DNA from: an uncultured Pelagibacteraceae bacterium
GTDB lineage: Bacteria; Pseudomonadota; Alphaproteobacteria; Pelagibacterales; Pelagibacteraceae
DNA: 58,468 bases
Assembly: GCA_902522915.1 (NCBI GenBank)
Contig: CABYXQ010000001.1
Span: 1-58,468, forward strand
Direction: 5' to 3'
The number at the start of each line of letters is the position of its first letter. Within the stretch, counting starts at the first letter, position 1. The position numbers and the translations under genes were made by a program. Under the pieces are notes generated by a model. The model saw only the letters and a list, made by a program, of their open reading frames with translations. It was not told where the DNA came from and did no database searches. This document shows, one piece after another, positions 1 to 11,071 of the stretch.

Positions 1-744
1 TATTACAGCGTGAATATAGGACTTGGGATGAATTAATATATTTATTTTTTTGTAAGGAATATTAAAAATATTTTTTGCTTCAATAACTTCGTAAACTTTA
101 TTAATCATTGTAGCTGAGTCAATTGAAATCTTTTTTCCCATTTTCCAATTTGGATGTTTTAATGCTTGTGAAATTTTAATATTTTTAAAATTGTTTAGTG
201 CTAAATTATACACCGGTCCACCTGAAGCAGTTAAAAAAAGTTTTTCAACATTTTGAGTTGATAAGTTTTGTAAACCAAACCACATAGAGAAATGTTCTGA
301 ATCAACAGGAATAAATTTAGTATTATTTTTTTTTAACTCTTTTTCTATTAAATTCCAACCGCAAATAATCGACTCTTTATTTGCTATAGCAATTTTTTTG
401 GTGAATTTAATTATCTCCATTGTTGGAAATAAGCCCTCTATACCAATTATTGAACTCATTACATAATCAAGTTTGGTTTTGATAATTTTGTCGAGTTGAT
501 TAAAATTATTGTAAATTTTAATATCTAGATCTTGTGTTAGTTTTTTTAATTTTTTATAACTTTTTTTATTTATAATAATTAATTTTTTAACGTTAAATTT
601 TTTTGACTGTTTCAATAATGTTTTGTAATCCTTGTTTGCTGATAAAAGCTCTAATCTAAATTTAAACTTATTTTTCTCAATAACACTAAGTAATGTTTTA
701 CCAATTGAACCAGTTGAACCAATAATTGCAATTTTTTTTATCAT
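1..744 (-). CDS. dxr: 1-deoxy-D-xylulose 5-phosphate reductoisomerase (3' end runs off the window)
   Basis: Hand translation from ATG at 744: MIKKIAIIGSTGSIGK...ANKES...PVDSEH...LTASGGP...HPNWKMGKKISIDSATMINK; follows cdsA as in the usual uppS-cdsA-dxr order; not in ORF track. Confidence 0.95.
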   Translation of the reverse strand, partial: MIKKIAIIGSTGSIGKTLLSVIEKNKFKFRLELLSANKDYKTLLKQSKKFNVKKLIIINKKSYKKLKKLTQDLDIKIYNNFNQLDKIIKTKLDYVMSSIIGIEGLFPTMEIIKFTKKIAIANKESIICGWNLIEKELKKNNTKFIPVDSEHFSMWFGLQNLSTQNVEKLFLTASGGPVYNLALNNFKNIKISQALKHPNWKMGKKISIDSATMINKVYEVIEAKNIFNIPYKKINILIHPKSYIHAVI

Positions 745-1402
745 TTAATAAAAGAAATAAAGAACAATGTAAGAAAATGGAAAAGCAAAAATCATACCAT
801 CTATTCTATCTAATAATCCACCATGTCCTGGTATTATTTTACCTGTATTTTTTATTTTTGAAATTCTTTTAAAGTACGAGATGATTATATCTCCTAATTG
901 ACTAATAGTAGAAATTAGCAAAACAAGTATAAAAATTGATAAATTAAACTCTTTTGTATTTGAAAAAGTGTCTAATTTATAATCTAAATTAAAAAAAATA
1001 ATTACAAAAAGTACAGACAAGAAATATCCACCTATCATACCTGCATAAGTTTTATTGGGGCTAATTGCTGTAAGTTTGGGTCCTTTAAATATTTTTCCGA
1101 AACAATACCCTCCGATATCAGTCGAAATGCATATCAAAATAACAAACAGAAAAAATACTAAACTATTTTCATTAAAATTATTTCTTAAAGCATAAACTGT
1201 CATAAAAGAAAAAATTAAAAATATAAGACCAGGTATGTAATATAATTTATTTTTTGATATCATATGCCATTCTATAATTGTAACAAAAAAAACAAGTCAT
1301 AATAAAAAAATTAAAAACAATTGAACCTTTTATAATAAAAAATAATGATATAGGTAAAAGTATAATAGAACTAATTATTCTAAGAAATAATTCATTTTTC
1401 AT
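745..1402 (-). CDS. cdsA: Phosphatidate cytidylyltransferase, with an apparent one-base frameshift in the A8 run at 1285-1292
   Basis: C-terminal part (745-1263) has the STDIGGY, ISPNKT and IPGHGGLLDRIDG motifs. An N-terminal part from ATG 1402 (MKNELFLRIISSIILLP...) is one base out of frame and joins as ...CFFVTIIEWHMISK if one A is removed. Confidence 0.9.
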
Positions 1403-2076
1403 TAAACATTTCCAAAATTTCGTTTTATCGTTTTGTATTTTTTAATAACTCTTTTATAGTCTTGATCATTAAATGATGGCCATAATTTTTTTTCAAAAAA
1501 AATCTCTGAATATGCAATCTGCCAAAGTAAAAAGTTACTTAATCTTTTGGTATTGCCAGTTCTGATTAGTATATCAGGATCTGGTATGTCTTTTGTTTGA
1601 AAATATTTTATTAAATTTGTTTCATTAATTTTATCTTTTTTTTTAATCATATTTTTGATAGCATTAATTAATTCAAATTTTGAACCATAATTTAGAGCCA
1701 AATTAATTTGAAGCTTTGAATTTTTAGAAGTTTTTTTTTCAGCAGAACTTAAAAGTTTGTTCAATTTTATTGTAAAATTTTTAACTCCAATTATTTTTAA
1801 TTTGATATTCTGTCTATGTAGATCATCGATTCTTCTGATTAAAAAAGTCTCTAATAATGAAAAAAGATAACTTATTTCTGCTTTAGGTCTCTTCCAATTT
1901 TCTGTTGAGAATGCGTACAATGTAAGATATTGTATTTTTTGATTAATAGTTTCTTTAATAATTTTTTCTACTGTATGTAAACCTGCTTTGTGCCCAGCGT
2001 TTCTTGAATTTTTATATTTTAAGCCCCATCTTCCATTACCATCCATGATAATGGCTACATGATTTAATGGGTTCAT
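1402..2076 (-). CDS. uppS: Undecaprenyl/isoprenyl diphosphate synthase
   Basis: HVAIIMDGNGRW, YAFSTENWKRP and DILIRTG..RLSNFLLWQ motifs. Confidence 0.97.
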   Translation of the reverse strand: MNPLNHVAIIMDGNGRWGLKYKNSRNAGHKAGLHTVEKIIKETINQKIQYLTLYAFSTENWKRPKAEISYLFSLLETFLIRRIDDLHRQNIKLKIIGVKNFTIKLNKLLSSAEKKTSKNSKLQINLALNYGSKFELINAIKNMIKKKDKINETNLIKYFQTKDIPDPDILIRTGNTKRLSNFLLWQIAYSEIFFEKKLWPSFNDQDYKRVIKKYKTIKRNFGNV

Positions 2077-2624
2077 ATTTTCATTATTTCTTTTTCTTTA
2101 GAAGATATTTTATCGTCTACTGTTTTGATATGATTATCTGTAATTGTTTGTACATTTTTTTCAAATAATTTTTCTTCATCCTCACCTATTTCTTTAGATT
2201 TTAAAAGTTTTTTTAGCGCCTCGTTTGCTTCTCTACGTATATTTCTAATTGAAACTTTGCATTTTTCACCAATCGATTTAATAATCTTTTTCAATTCAAT
2301 TCTTCTTTCTTCATTTAGTTCTGGAACTGGTAGTCTAATTAACTGACCATCAATTTGTGGATTAAGACCTAAATCAGATTTTTTAATTGCAGCATCAATT
2401 AATGGAACGTTGTTCTCATCCCAGACCTGTATATTAATCATCCTAGGTTCTGGAGTAGTTATGCTGGATACTTGATTTATAAGCATCTGTTGACCATATA
2501 CATCAACTTTTATTAAGTCTAACATAGCTATATTTGCTCTACCTGTTCTTAATGAAGTTAATTCTTTTGAGAATACCTCAATGGTTTTATCCATTTTAAG
2601 GCTGTATGATTTCTCATCAAACAT
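2073..2624 (-). CDS. frr: Ribosome recycling factor
   Basis: LRTGRAN, LGLNPQ.DG..IR, VSIRNIRR motifs; position after tsf. Confidence 0.97.
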   Translation of the reverse strand: MFDEKSYSLKMDKTIEVFSKELTSLRTGRANIAMLDLIKVDVYGQQMLINQVSSITTPEPRMINIQVWDENNVPLIDAAIKKSDLGLNPQIDGQLIRLPVPELNEERRIELKKIIKSIGEKCKVSIRNIRREANEALKKLLKSKEIGEDEEKLFEKNVQTITDNHIKTVDDKISSKEKEIMKI

Positions 2625-3476
2625 TTATTCTCCGATCTTTATTCTATAAAACTCTTTAATCTTTAAATCACTAATTGAAAGTTCTTTTAATATATCTTGA
2701 ACCTTCTTTTTAGGCTCCATAACCCAAGCTTGCGATAACAGAGCATTTTCCTCTTTAAATTTATTCATTTTACCTAAACTAATTTTTTTTGCAATATCTT
2801 CAGGTTTCCCAGAATTTTTTAACTCCTCCGTTATTAGCTCCTGTTCTTTATTAATAACTGATTGATCTATTAATTTAGACTCTAAAGCTAATGGATTTGA
2901 TGCAGCGATATGCATTGATAATTGTTTGCCAAAAGTACTAACATCATCAAAATTAGCAGATGTTTCTAACGAAACAACAACGGCTAATTTTGCAATATTA
3001 TCTTTTACAACGGTGTGGAGGTAGTGATTATTTACTGCACCTTCATTACTAATAGTTTTTATTTTACCAATGGTAATCTTTTCACCGATTTTTGCAATTA
3101 ATGCTACTAAATTATTTTCTACTGTTTCTCCATTACGCATAATTGAATTTTTTAATTGATCATGATCAGAATTTGTTTGGTTATTTATTTCACTTAATTC
3201 TTTTACAAAATTTGTGAAATCTTCATTTTTTGCCACAAAATCTGTTTCGCAATTTACTTCAATTATAGAGGTTTTTTTTGAGTCTCCGCTCACAGCAACT
3301 ACACCTTCTTTAGCATCTCTAGACATTTTTTTTGAAGCTTTTGAAATACCTTTTATTCTTAATATTTCGATAGCTTTATCTAAATCCCCCTTAGATTCTT
3401 TTATTGCTGAATTACAATCTTTAAATCCTGCGCCTGTTGCTTCTCTTAGCTTTTTTACTTTTTCAATATCACTCAT
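2625..3476 (-). CDS. tsf: Elongation factor Ts
   Basis: [15 protein letters not shown] and [12 protein letters not shown] motifs. Confidence 0.98.
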   Translation of the reverse strand: MSDIEKVKKLREATGAGFKDCNSAIKESKGDLDKAIEILRIKGISKASKKMSRDAKEGVVAVSGDSKKTSIIEVNCETDFVAKNEDFTNFVKELSEINNQTNSDHDQLKNSIMRNGETVENNLVALIAKIGEKITIGKIKTISNEGAVNNHYLHTVVKDNIAKLAVVVSLETSANFDDVSTFGKQLSMHIAASNPLALESKLIDQSVINKEQELITEELKNSGKPEDIAKKISLGKMNKFKEENALLSQAWVMEPKKKVQDILKELSISDLKIKEFYRIKIGE

Positions 3477-3478
3477 TT

Positions 3479-4297
3479 TTAATTTAATTTCTCTTTTGAC
3501 TTAGAGGAAAACTTTTGATCTAATTTTTCTCTATCTAATTCTTGAAGAGTTTTATCTTCATTTTTCTTATTATTATCAATAACAGAATCTTTATTTGGTT
3601 CTGAAACAGGCATTGAATTTTTTGCATTATCGATAGTTTCTTTGATTAAGTTACAATAAAGATCTATTGATCTCCTTGCATCATCATTTCCAGGTATAGG
3701 GAAATCTATATTATCAGGATTTGAGTTACTATCTAATATAGCTATTATTGGTATTCCAAGTTTAACAGACTCGGCTATGGCTAAAGATTCGTAGTTAGTG
3801 TCAATAATAAATACTAAATCAGGAATTTTTTTCATTTCAGCAATACCACCTAACGATCTTTGAAGTTTGTCTTTTTTAACACTCATTTTTAAGAGTTCTT
3901 TTTTAGTGAAGCCTCTATTTTCAGCTACTAGGTCCATTTCTAACTTTTTAAGTTTTTTGATTGAATTTGATATAGTGCCCCAATTTGTCAACATTCCACC
4001 TAACCATCTATAATTTACAAAGTATTGATCAGTTTCTTTTGCAACTTCTGATATTGCCTCGGATGCTTGTTTTTTTGTAGACACAAATAAAATTTTTCCA
4101 TTATTAGCAATGGTTGAATAAACTTTTTCTAATGCAATTTTAGTTAATTCTAAAGTTTGTGTTAAATCTATTATGTGAATTGAGTCTCTTTTTCCAAAAA
4201 TATATTTTTTCATTTTTGGATTCCATCTTAAAGTTTTATGACCAAGATGAACGCCTGCTTCTAATAATTGTTGTAATGTTACGTTAGGTATTTTCAT
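3479..4297 (-). CDS. rpsB: 30S ribosomal protein S2
   Basis: [32 protein letters not shown] motifs. Confidence 0.98.
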   Translation of the reverse strand: MKIPNVTLQQLLEAGVHLGHKTLRWNPKMKKYIFGKRDSIHIIDLTQTLELTKIALEKVYSTIANNGKILFVSTKKQASEAISEVAKETDQYFVNYRWLGGMLTNWGTISNSIKKLKKLEMDLVAENRGFTKKELLKMSVKKDKLQRSLGGIAEMKKIPDLVFIIDTNYESLAIAESVKLGIPIIAILDSNSNPDNIDFPIPGNDDARRSIDLYCNLIKETIDNAKNSMPVSEPNKDSVIDNNKKNEDKTLQELDREKLDQKFSSKSKEKLN

Positions 4298-4304
4298 ATT
4301 TATT

Positions 4305-4372
4305 CCCGGTTAAGCCACCACAGTAATTTCCTTTTAAGGACCGGAGGTATAAAACCAATAACTGTGTGCGTA
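4305..4372 (-). ncRNA. rpsB leader (t44-like S2 autoregulatory structure)
   Basis: Minus strand reads CGCACACAGT...ACTGTGGTGGCTTAACCGG just before the rpsB ATG: complementary CACAGT/ACTGTG ends and a GGC-TAACC tail like known rpsB leaders. Confidence 0.6.
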
Positions 4373-4427
4373 TTAGTTTAATTTACGGTCTATTTACAAA
4401 TATTTACTAAATTTAACAAGTGATTAT

Positions 4428-7400
4428 TTAGTTAATTATTGCCTGAATTTCTTGATTTCTTAAAAGATTTATAGATTTTCTGTCTAATTTACGTGCATTT
4501 TTCAATTTAAATTTAAGGATATTATCTTCAGAGACTAGATTGATATTTACTATTGTTTTGCCATTTTCTTTTAAAACTTTAGATATTTTTTCAATTTGTT
4601 CTTTAGATTTTAAATCGAATGAAATTTCATTTATAGGACTGTTAAATAAGTCTTTAAGTGAAGCTATTTTTTGGACATTAATTCTAGTTAATCTATTTTG
4701 ATCATTAGAAACATTTTTAAATAATGTTAAAATAAGAGAACTACCCTCTTTCAAAATTTCTCTGTTTAATTCTAAAACATCTGAGAAAATAAAAAGCTCA
4801 AATACACTTGATAAGTCGGTTAATTTTAAAACAGCATAAGAATTTCCTTTTGCAGTTTTTCTTTCTTGAATCTTTAACAATGTTGCGGCGATGTTAGAAT
4901 CTTTTAAATCTTCTTTTGAAATAAAACTTGAATAATCTGTTATTTTATAATCATTAAAAATTTCTGTAAATTGATTTAAAGGATGATCTGAGATAAAGAA
5001 ACCTACTGCTTCAAATTCTTTTGATAATCTTTCTTCAAATTTCCAATCTTGAGTTTTCATTATAATATCATCCTGTGTACTTTCATCATCTGAAAATAAA
5101 TTAATTTGACTGGCAGATTTATTATCAAATATATTTTTACTTTTAGCTATAATAGATGGAATTGAGTCATACAAAGCTTGTCTATTTGAGTTTAATTTAT
5201 CAAAAGCACCTGCTTTAACTAAACCTTCTAATTGGAGTTTGTTTATATCTTTTGGATTTACTCTAGTTATAAAATCAAGAATTGACTCAAATTTTCCATT
5301 TAAAATTCTTTCTTCAACTATATTTGATATTGCCTCGTAACCTACAGCTTTAATACCACCTAAGGCATAATAAAATTTATCATCAATTGTTTTAAAATCA
5401 GCAAAACATTCATTAATATCTGGTCGAACAACTTCAACATTCAATCTTTTTAATTCCTCGTAAAACTCACTTAACTTATTTTGATTAGATATATCCATTG
5501 TCATTGAGGCAGCAATAAATTCTTTAGGATAATATGTTTTTAAAAATGCTGTTTGATATGAGATAACTGCATATGCTGCAGCATGACTTTTGTTAAAACC
5601 GTATTGAGCAAATGGTTCTATTTTTAAAAAAATTCCAGCTGCAACATCTTTTCCTATTCCATTTTTAACAGCTCCAGTAATAAATCCCTGTTTTTGTTTC
5701 TCAAGTTCTGCTCTTTTCTTTTTACCCATTGCTCTTCTTAAAAGATCAGCTTGTCCTGCTGTAAATCCTGATAATTTTTGAGCGATTTGCATTACCTGTT
5801 CTTGATATATAATTACTCCGTAAGTAGGTTTTAAAATATCTTCTAGAAGTGGATGTAAATAATCTGGTTTTTGTTTTCCATGTTTGCAATCATTATATGT
5901 TGGAATATTGCTCATTGGTCCTGGTCTATATAGTGCAACTAATGCAATAATGTCTTCAATATGATTTGGCTTCATTTGAATTAAAGCTTCTCTCATACCG
6001 GCGCTTTCAATTTGGAATAAACCAACTGTTTTACCTGTGGACAGTAGATCAAAAACTTTTTGATCTTCATAACTAATTTTTTCTATATCAAAATCTTTAA
6101 TTTTTTTTCTTACAAGTTTCTGTGTATTGTTAATTACTGTAAGTGTTTTTAAACCCAAGAAATCAAATTTTACTAAACCAGCATTTTCAGCTGAGTACAT
6201 ATCAAATTGAGTTGATGGTAATAATAGATCTGCAGAAACATCTTTATATAAAGGAACAGCTTCGATGAGTTTTTTATCTGCTATTACTACTCCAGCAGCA
6301 TGAGTGGCAACATTCCTATTGAGACCTTCTAATTTAAGAGAGAGATCAGTAAGTTTTTTTACTCTTGGATCATCATTTATAAGTTTTTGTAATCGTGGCT
6401 CGCCAACAATGCACTGCGTTAGATTTTGTGGTCTAGATGGATCGAAAGGTATCATCTTAGATATGCTATCAACAAATCCATAAGCTAATCCCAAAACTCG
6501 TCCAACGTCTCTAATTACCATCCTGGCTTTTAATTTACCAAATGTTATAATGTGAGCCACACTGTCTTTGTATTTTGTTGTTAAATACTCAAAAACTTGA
6601 TCTCTTTTATCCTCACAAAAATCTATATCAAAATCTGGCATTGAAATTCTATCTGGATTTAAAAATCTTTCAAAAATTAGATTAAATTTTATTGGATCTA
6701 TATCGGTAATTGATAAACACCAAGCTACTAAAGAACCAGCTCCTGAACCTCTTCCAGGACCAACAGGAATATCATTATTTTTAGCCCATTTTATGTAGTC
6801 AGCAACTATGAGAAAATAACTAGAATATTTCATTTCTATAATAATAGAAAGTTCATGATTAAGCCTATTTTTGTATTCTTTATAAGAATTGTTATTTTCT
6901 AATTCATCATCGCTTAAATTAAATATTTTATTGAATTTGACATTTAATCCTTCTATTGAATCTTTTTTTAAAACTTCATCTGCATTCCCTTCTTTGTCAC
7001 TACTAATATTTGGCAGTATTGGTTTAGAAAATAATGGTCTATAATTACATCTTAATGGAAAATTATAGTTATTTTCTAAAGCTTCAGGTAAGTCAGCAAA
7101 TAATTCTGACATCTCTGAGTTAGTTTTTAAGTAGTGTTGGTCTGTTAATCTTAATCTATTTTTTTCATTTACATATGTCTTGTTACCAATACAAATTAAA
7201 GCATCATGGGCTTCATGCATTTCTTTATCTAAATAAAAAACTTCATTAGTTGCAATAATAGGTATTTCTAGATCTAAAGATTTTTTTAAATTAAATTTTT
7301 CAAATTCAATTTCATTTAGATCATTATGTCTTTGAATCTCTAAATAAAATCTATCACCAAAGGCATTTTTAATTTTACTATAAAGTTCGTCAATTTCAGT

Positions 7401-7844
7401 AAATTTTCCTTTATCAAATAATTTACCAAAAAAACCGAAAACAGTTCCCGAAAATACAGCAACACCTTTAGAATTATTTAATAATAATTCAAAATCTGCA
7501 TGTGGATCTGACAATTCATCATTTTCCAAGTACGAAAAAGATGAAAGTTTTATTATATTTTTATATCCAACTTCACTTAGAGCAAATAAAGGAAGTAAAC
7601 CTGTTGTTTCTCCGATTTTAAAGTTAATTTGAGTTCCGATTATTGGTTGGGTACCAGTCTTTGAGATCTTCTCAGCAAATTCTAGAGCACCACATAAATT
7701 TAAAGTGTCACACAAACCTAAGGATTTTGTTTTATTTTTCTTTGAATATTCATGTAAATCGTCAATTCTAACTGCTCCTTCACAAATAGAATATTGAGTA
7801 TGAATTTTAAGATGATTAAAATTTTGAGAATGAGACTCAGTCAT
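4428..7844 (-). CDS. dnaE: DNA polymerase III alpha subunit
   Basis: PHP domain, GPGRGSGAGS, FERFLNPDRISMPDFDIDF, YGFNKSHAAAY; 1138 aa, no intein-sized insert. Confidence 0.98.
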   Translation of the reverse strand: MTESHSQNFNHLKIHTQYSICEGAVRIDDLHEYSKKNKTKSLGLCDTLNLCGALEFAEKISKTGTQPIIGTQINFKIGETTGLLPLFALSEVGYKNIIKLSSFSYLENDELSDPHADFELLLNNSKGVAVFSGTVFGFFGKLFDKGKFTEIDELYSKIKNAFGDRFYLEIQRHNDLNEIEFEKFNLKKSLDLEIPIIATNEVFYLDKEMHEAHDALICIGNKTYVNEKNRLRLTDQHYLKTNSEMSELFADLPEALENNYNFPLRCNYRPLFSKPILPNISSDKEGNADEVLKKDSIEGLNVKFNKIFNLSDDELENNNSYKEYKNRLNHELSIIIEMKYSSYFLIVADYIKWAKNNDIPVGPGRGSGAGSLVAWCLSITDIDPIKFNLIFERFLNPDRISMPDFDIDFCEDKRDQVFEYLTTKYKDSVAHIITFGKLKARMVIRDVGRVLGLAYGFVDSISKMIPFDPSRPQNLTQCIVGEPRLQKLINDDPRVKKLTDLSLKLEGLNRNVATHAAGVVIADKKLIEAVPLYKDVSADLLLPSTQFDMYSAENAGLVKFDFLGLKTLTVINNTQKLVRKKIKDFDIEKISYEDQKVFDLLSTGKTVGLFQIESAGMREALIQMKPNHIEDIIALVALYRPGPMSNIPTYNDCKHGKQKPDYLHPLLEDILKPTYGVIIYQEQVMQIAQKLSGFTAGQADLLRRAMGKKKRAELEKQKQGFITGAVKNGIGKDVAAGIFLKIEPFAQYGFNKSHAAAYAVISYQTAFLKTYYPKEFIAASMTMDISNQNKLSEFYEELKRLNVEVVRPDINECFADFKTIDDKFYYALGGIKAVGYEAISNIVEERILNGKFESILDFITRVNPKDINKLQLEGLVKAGAFDKLNSNRQALYDSIPSIIAKSKNIFDNKSASQINLFSDDESTQDDIIMKTQDWKFEERLSKEFEAVGFFISDHPLNQFTEIFNDYKITDYSSFISKEDLKDSNIAATLLKIQERKTAKGNSYAVLKLTDLSSVFELFIFSDVLELNREILKEGSSLILTLFKNVSNDQNRLTRINVQKIASLKDLFNSPINEISFDLKSKEQIEKISKVLKENGKTIVNINLVSEDNILKFKLKNARKLDRKSINLLRNQEIQAIIN

Positions 7845-8514
7845 TAGATGATTTTATACTACCATCTATCATCTCCAATAGGCAATCTGCCTTATTTGCA
7901 AAGAATCTATTATGGGTTGCAAATATAATAAGTCTATCAGGCCTTTTTTGTTTTTTTAAAAGTTCAAAAATATCTTTTGCAGTTTCCATATCTAGGCTTC
8001 CAGTTGGCTCATCTGCTAAAATAATTTCTGGATCATTTATGATTGCTCTTGCTAAAGCAATCCTTTGAGCCTCACCACCAGATAATTGAGAAGGAAAATG
8101 ATTTGCCCTGTTTAAAAGACCAATTTTTTTTAGCAATTTTTCTGCTTTAAATAATGCTAATTCTTTATTGTCATTAATTGCAAGTGACGCCAAATATATG
8201 TTTTCTAAAGCTGTAAAATCTGGGAGAAGATTATTTTGTTGATAAATAATTCCTATTTTTTTTGATCTATAAACATCATTTTTTTCAGACTCATTGAAAT
8301 TTACTTGAATTTTATCAAAGTTAATGGATCCAGATGATGGTCTATCAATTAAAGAGATCAAATTTAATAAAGTAGATTTACCAGATCCAGACGGTCCCAT
8401 TATTGAATAGCTTTTACCTTTATCGAATTTTTGAGAAAGATTTTTTAATACTTTAACAGTTTTTTCAGTTTTAAAACTTTTAGATATTTTTTTTAATTCA
8501 AGAAAACTATTCAT
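7837..8514 (-). CDS. lolD: Lipoprotein-releasing ABC transporter ATPase
   Basis: Walker A GPSGSGKST, LSGGEAQR, ADEPTGSLD; follows lolC/E. Confidence 0.88.
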   Translation of the reverse strand: MNSFLELKKISKSFKTEKTVKVLKNLSQKFDKGKSYSIMGPSGSGKSTLLNLISLIDRPSSGSINFDKIQVNFNESEKNDVYRSKKIGIIYQQNNLLPDFTALENIYLASLAINDNKELALFKAEKLLKKIGLLNRANHFPSQLSGGEAQRIALARAIINDPEIILADEPTGSLDMETAKDIFELLKKQKRPDRLIIFATHNRFFANKADCLLEMIDGSIKSSND

Positions 8515-9739
8515 ATTTTAAAGATTTAATTGGGTCAAGCTTAGCTGCTTTAAAAGCAGGAAAAATTGATACTATTATTGTTATAATTATTGAACAAATT
8601 GAAATTAAAAAAATTGATGTTGGATTTATTTCTGAAGGCATCTTGCTTAAAAAATAAATCTCTTCTGGAAATAAACTTATATTAAATGTTGAACTAAGAA
8701 ATTGTCTAAAATTTTCTATATAAAGAGAAAAAGTTACACCTAAAAAAATTCCAAAAATAGTAGCTGATGTTCCGATAATTACACCTATTAAAAAAAATAT
8801 TTTTATAATTGATTTATTTAAAACACCCATAGATTTCAAAATTGCAATATCTCTTGTTTTATTTTTAACTAAAATTGTTAATCCAGAAATTATATTAAAA
8901 GCTGCAACAATAATTATTAAAGACAGAATAATGAACATTACATTTCTTTCTACTTTTAATGCAGAAAATAATGAGCTATTTATATCTGCCCAACTAAAAA
9001 CAAATTCTTCACTAAAAATTTCTTGAACAATAAATTTTTGCTGCTCAATCTTATTTGGGTTCTTTAAATAAATTTCCAAATTTCTATCCTCTGGCTTATA
9101 GTCAAAAAAATCTTCAAGAGTGTTTAAATTAATAAATGCAATATTGTTATCAAATTCAACTAAGCCACTATTGTAAATTGATGCTACAAGAAACGTTTTT
9201 TGTTTTGGCATACTACCAATTATTGTTTCTACACCAGATGGTGACAGTAATATTAATTCATCTCCTATTTTAAGATTTAAAGAAAAACTTAATTCATTAC
9301 CTATAGATATAAAATTTCTATTTAATTGATCTTTGTTACCTTTAAATTTTTCATTTTTAACAATTTCCAAACTTGAAAAATCATCTGGTTTATATCCACG
9401 TAATACTATTCCTTTTGATGTATCGTTTTTAAGTATAATAGCTTCACCTGAGTTACTAAAAATAATATTTTCTGTAATTAATTTTAAATTTTTTTTATTT
9501 ATTTTGTTTGCATCAATTAGATTTCCATAGGTTTTTACAGTTATGTGTGAGTTAAATCCTACTATTTTATTAATCAGCTCAGTCCTAAATCCGTTCATAA
9601 CTGACATCACAATAATAAGAACTGCAACTCCAAGGCTTATTCCTATGAAAGAAAAAATAGATATAACATTCAAAAAGCCATCTTTTTTTCTGGCTTTTAA
9701 AAATCTAAAAGTAATTTCTTTTTCTAAAGTAGAAATCAA
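8507..9739 (-). CDS. lolE: Lipoprotein-releasing ABC transporter permease (LolC/LolE/LolF family)
   Basis: GISLGVAVLIIVMSVMNGF, VAAFNIIS, IAILKSMG, PAFKAAKLDP motifs. Confidence 0.9.
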   Translation of the reverse strand: MISTLEKEITFRFLKARKKDGFLNVISIFSFIGISLGVAVLIIVMSVMNGFRTELINKIVGFNSHITVKTYGNLIDANKINKKNLKLITENIIFSNSGEAIILKNDTSKGIVLRGYKPDDFSSLEIVKNEKFKGNKDQLNRNFISIGNELSFSLNLKIGDELILLSPSGVETIIGSMPKQKTFLVASIYNSGLVEFDNNIAFINLNTLEDFFDYKPEDRNLEIYLKNPNKIEQQKFIVQEIFSEEFVFSWADINSSLFSALKVERNVMFIILSLIIIVAAFNIISGLTILVKNKTRDIAILKSMGVLNKSIIKIFFLIGVIIGTSATIFGIFLGVTFSLYIENFRQFLSSTFNISLFPEEIYFLSKMPSEINPTSIFLISICSIIITIIVSIFPAFKAAKLDPIKSLKYE

Positions 9740-11070
9740 ATTGAATTTTTTTGTTTAGTTATAATTTCTATAATTTTACTTAATGGTAAATTTTGAGTTT
9801 CACCACCAGTTTCCTTAAACTCTAATAAATCACCCTCACTTTTCTTACCAATAATAATTTGATATGGGGCACCAATTAAATTCATTTTTTTAATTTTTGA
9901 TGAGAAATTCTCATCTGTATCATCAATAATTGCATCAATATTATTTTTGATTAATTCTATATTAATATTATTTGCTTTATCTAAAGCTGAGGTGTCATTT
10001 TTATTAATCATAGGTATTAAAGCAATATCATAAGGAGCAACAGACAATGGCCATTTCATGATTTCATTTTTGTCATCATATTTTGCCTCAATTATAGCCC
10101 CTACTAACCTTGATACACCAATTCCATAAGAACCCATTTTAACAAAATCTTTTTTTCCTCCTGGTAAATCAACAGATGCTCCCATTGGTTTTGAATACTT
10201 GTCACCAAAATAAAATATATGACCTACCTCAATACCTTTTGTAATCAATTGATTTTCCTTAGAAACAATTTTTTCAAACTCTTCTTTATTAAACTTTTCA
10301 TCAGTTACAGCATAAAACTGTTCATATTTTTTTCTCATACTTTCCAATGATGCTTTTTCTATTTCAGTATCATCACTATCAAGATCGAATATTCTTTTAT
10401 CTGTGAAAATTTTACTTTCTCCAGTATCAGCAAGAATAATAAATTCATGAGATAAGTTTCCACCAATAGGTCCAGTGTCAGCAGCCATCGGTATTGCTGT
10501 CAAAGATAATCTTTTAAATGTTCTTAAATAAGAAAGGAAAAATTTATTATAAGAATAAAAAGCTTCTTCATCTGATACATCAAATGAATAGGCATCTTTC
10601 ATATAAAACTCTCTACCACGCATAATTCCAAATCTAGGTCTAATTTCATCTCTGAACTTCCATTGAATATGATACATAAGTTGTGGGAGTGATTTATAAG
10701 ATTTTATTGAAGATCTAAAAATTTCAGTTACTTGTTCTTCATTGGTTGGTCCATATAACATTTCTCTATTCTGACGGTCGGTTATTCTCAACATCTCTTC
10801 ACCATAATCTTCATAACGACCACTTTCTTTCCAAATTTCGCTGGATTGAATTGTTGGCATTAATATTTCTTGAGCTCCAATTTTGTTTTGTTCTTGTCTG
10901 ACAATGTCTTCTATTTTTTTCATTACCTTAAAACCTAAAGGTAACCATGAATAAATTCCTGCAGAGGCTTGCTTAATCATGCCTACTCTCAACATCAATT
11001 GATGAGATTTAATTTTTGCTTCTGATGGATTATTTTTTAATATTGGTATAAATGAATTTGATAACAGCAT
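9736..11070 (-). CDS. proS: Proline--tRNA ligase (short alphaproteobacterial form without editing insert)
   Basis: SHQLMLRVG, GPTNEE, KFRDEIRPRFG.MRGREF.MKDAYSF, GIEVGHIF, MGSYGIGVSR. Confidence 0.97.
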   Translation of the reverse strand: MLLSNSFIPILKNNPSEAKIKSHQLMLRVGMIKQASAGIYSWLPLGFKVMKKIEDIVRQEQNKIGAQEILMPTIQSSEIWKESGRYEDYGEEMLRITDRQNREMLYGPTNEEQVTEIFRSSIKSYKSLPQLMYHIQWKFRDEIRPRFGIMRGREFYMKDAYSFDVSDEEAFYSYNKFFLSYLRTFKRLSLTAIPMAADTGPIGGNLSHEFIILADTGESKIFTDKRIFDLDSDDTEIEKASLESMRKKYEQFYAVTDEKFNKEEFEKIVSKENQLITKGIEVGHIFYFGDKYSKPMGASVDLPGGKKDFVKMGSYGIGVSRLVGAIIEAKYDDKNEIMKWPLSVAPYDIALIPMINKNDTSALDKANNINIELIKNNIDAIIDDTDENFSSKIKKMNLIGAPYQIIIGKKSEGDLLEFKETGGETQNLPLSKIIEIITKQKNSI

Positions 11071-11071
11071 C

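Noticed and set aside
4428-7844. Intein in dnaE
   Set aside because: Length is normal and no splicing motifs or insert were seen
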